This document shows, in pieces, positions 7,958-8,992 of a stretch of DNA of 8,992 nucleotides; position 1 is the first letter of the stretch, and every line of letters begins with the position of its first letter. The notes under the pieces are model-generated. The model was not told the origin of the DNA, did no database searches, and was given only the letters and a program-made list of their open reading frames with translations. This DNA comes from Trichoplax adhaerens (taxonomy: Eukaryota > Animalia > Placozoa), in the NCBI RefSeq assembly GCF_000150275.1, contig NW_002061164.1, forward strand, positions 1 through 8,992. Reading direction: 5' to 3'. The position numbers and the translations under genes are program-made.

Positions 7958-8078
7958 AAACAAGCAGCGGTTGTCCAAGCTTTTGTAACTGCAGCACTTT
8001 GTCTATCAATTGCTCTAGTATTGACTTAATTGAATTGCCCAACATTAATTACACGGACGTTAGATATGTGACTTCACT
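7958..8078 (+). CDS. Gene 2 exon: LRRNT cysteine cap
   Basis: ccttctccaacAG| ... CT|GTTAGT. Translates (E)TSSGCPSFCNCSTLSINCSSIDLIELPNINYTDVRYVTS(L), matching CPxxCxCxxxxxxCxxxxLxxLP, and ends in phase 2 as expected before 72-nt LRR exons. Confidence 0.9.
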
Positions 8079-8158
8079 GTTAGTATTACACCAACAAATA
8101 ATTTCCGTTTTTTGATTGCTCAATGTCTAACGTCAATTTACTGATGACAGTATTTTAG

Positions 8159-8224
8159 CACGATCAAAACATACTCTAAAGAAAAGAATTCAAATAATTA
8201 TATGCAATTAAAAATTGTCTACTA
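8159..8224 (+). CDS. Candidate gene 2 exon (degenerate LRR?)
   Basis: ttttAG| ... |GTACGT, 66 nt, phase 2/phase 2, open: TIKTYSKEKNSNNYMQLKIVY. The LRR match is poor. The alternative acceptor at 8149-8150 gives a 74-nt frameshifted exon. Confidence 0.35.
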
Positions 8225-8367
8225 GTACGTCGATCGATGTATATGTTTATTGCCATGCTACTCGTTTGTAAAGAAGAAAGTTCAATGTTACTGTAGCTGG
8301 TGCAGAAGTCTGCAGCAGTAGTCACGTTAGCCAGTAGTATGCGATCTACCAGAATGTTATCAACTAG

Positions 8368-8456
8368 CACCAAAATGCTTACCTATTTTACGCTATATGA
8401 AGTGATAATTAAAGCCGCTAGTATTTTTCAAGAATATTACAAAATCTTTAAGATTC
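8368..8456 (+). CDS. Candidate gene 2 exon (LRR-like, out of phase)
   Basis: actAG|C ACC ... ATT C|GTAAGA. TKMLTYFTLYEVIIKAASIFQEYYKIFKI has LRR-like spacing, but the exon ends in phase 1, one base short of joining the exon at 8635. Confidence 0.35.
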
Positions 8457-8634
8457 GTAAGAGAAATGATGTAAAATTTTCATCACTAGACCTACTGTTA
8501 AATACTTATTTCAACCATACATCCGATATTTCTCGTCATTATTACAATTCGCATGTTCTTCAAATATAGCATTAAATGAATTTTGGATCATAGATCATCC
8601 CATTGACCCTAATAGCTTAGCTTTCTTCACATAG

Positions 8635-8706
8635 GATAATCAACAACACAAGCATTAGGAGAATTAGAGCAAGAAGCTTTATTTATTATCCAGAATTAGT
8701 CGTTTT
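8635..8706 (+). CDS. Gene 2 LRR exon
   Basis: ctttcttcacatAG|G ATA ... GTT TT|GTAAGT. Exactly 72 nt, phase 2/phase 2, translating xIINNTSIRRIRARSFIYYPELVV(L). Confidence 0.85.
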
Positions 8707-8992
8707 GTAAGTATACATACTTCGTAGTTTCGTAACCTTATCGCCAAGTTTTAAGATAGAAGGAGGTTTTAGACTACTATAGCCTTCTTTACCCATACCG
8801 TTGCATCGTAAAGAGGCCAAGAGAATTCATTAGTATCTTGTAAGTTTATTAGAAGCACACAGAGTAGTTTGCGTCGGCGATTAGTTCCTAAAGAATCAGC
8901 TAGGCAGCAATAGGTCTGCTTAAGATGCTGTCATAAATGATTATTTTTTAAATTAATCAACAATGTTAAACTGTAAGAACATATTCTTCTGT

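Noticed and set aside
7872-8029. C-terminal part of ORF 7757..8029
   Set aside because: It is intron read-through followed by the wrong frame of the LRRNT exon.
8176-8373. Minus-strand 65-aa ORF
   Set aside because: It is antisense to gene 2 with no recognisable motif and is likely chance.
1-8992. CRISPR array, tRNA, rRNA or prokaryotic operon
   Set aside because: No regularly spaced repeats or cloverleaf structures were seen, and the gene structure is spliceosomal.

Overview
AT-rich eukaryotic (animal) genomic DNA with short GT-AG introns. The compact introns and tandem leucine-rich-repeat receptor genes suggest an early-branching metazoan such as a placozoan, but this is inference. Left (358-1874, +): the 3' part of a leucine-rich-repeat GPCR (LGR) with a type C/GRL101-like hinge. 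It comprises a 72-nt LRR exon, a hinge+TM1 exon, a TM2 fragment, a 50-N assembly gap and TM5-TM7 with C-tail, and it carries several signs of decay. Right (7778-8706+, +): the 5' part of a second secreted LRR gene (signal peptide, LRRNT cap, 72-nt LRR exon) that the ORF track misses, preceded by a ~175-nt tandem duplication. The ~5.9 kb spacer has no recognisable intact gene. The most unusual signal is at 3062-3314: the group I intron core elements P, Q, R and S occur in the correct order, with supporting helices but a broken G-binding pair, inside a hairpin-rich block (about 2420-3860). This may be a decayed organellar (NUMT), viral or endosymbiont-derived ribozyme relic.
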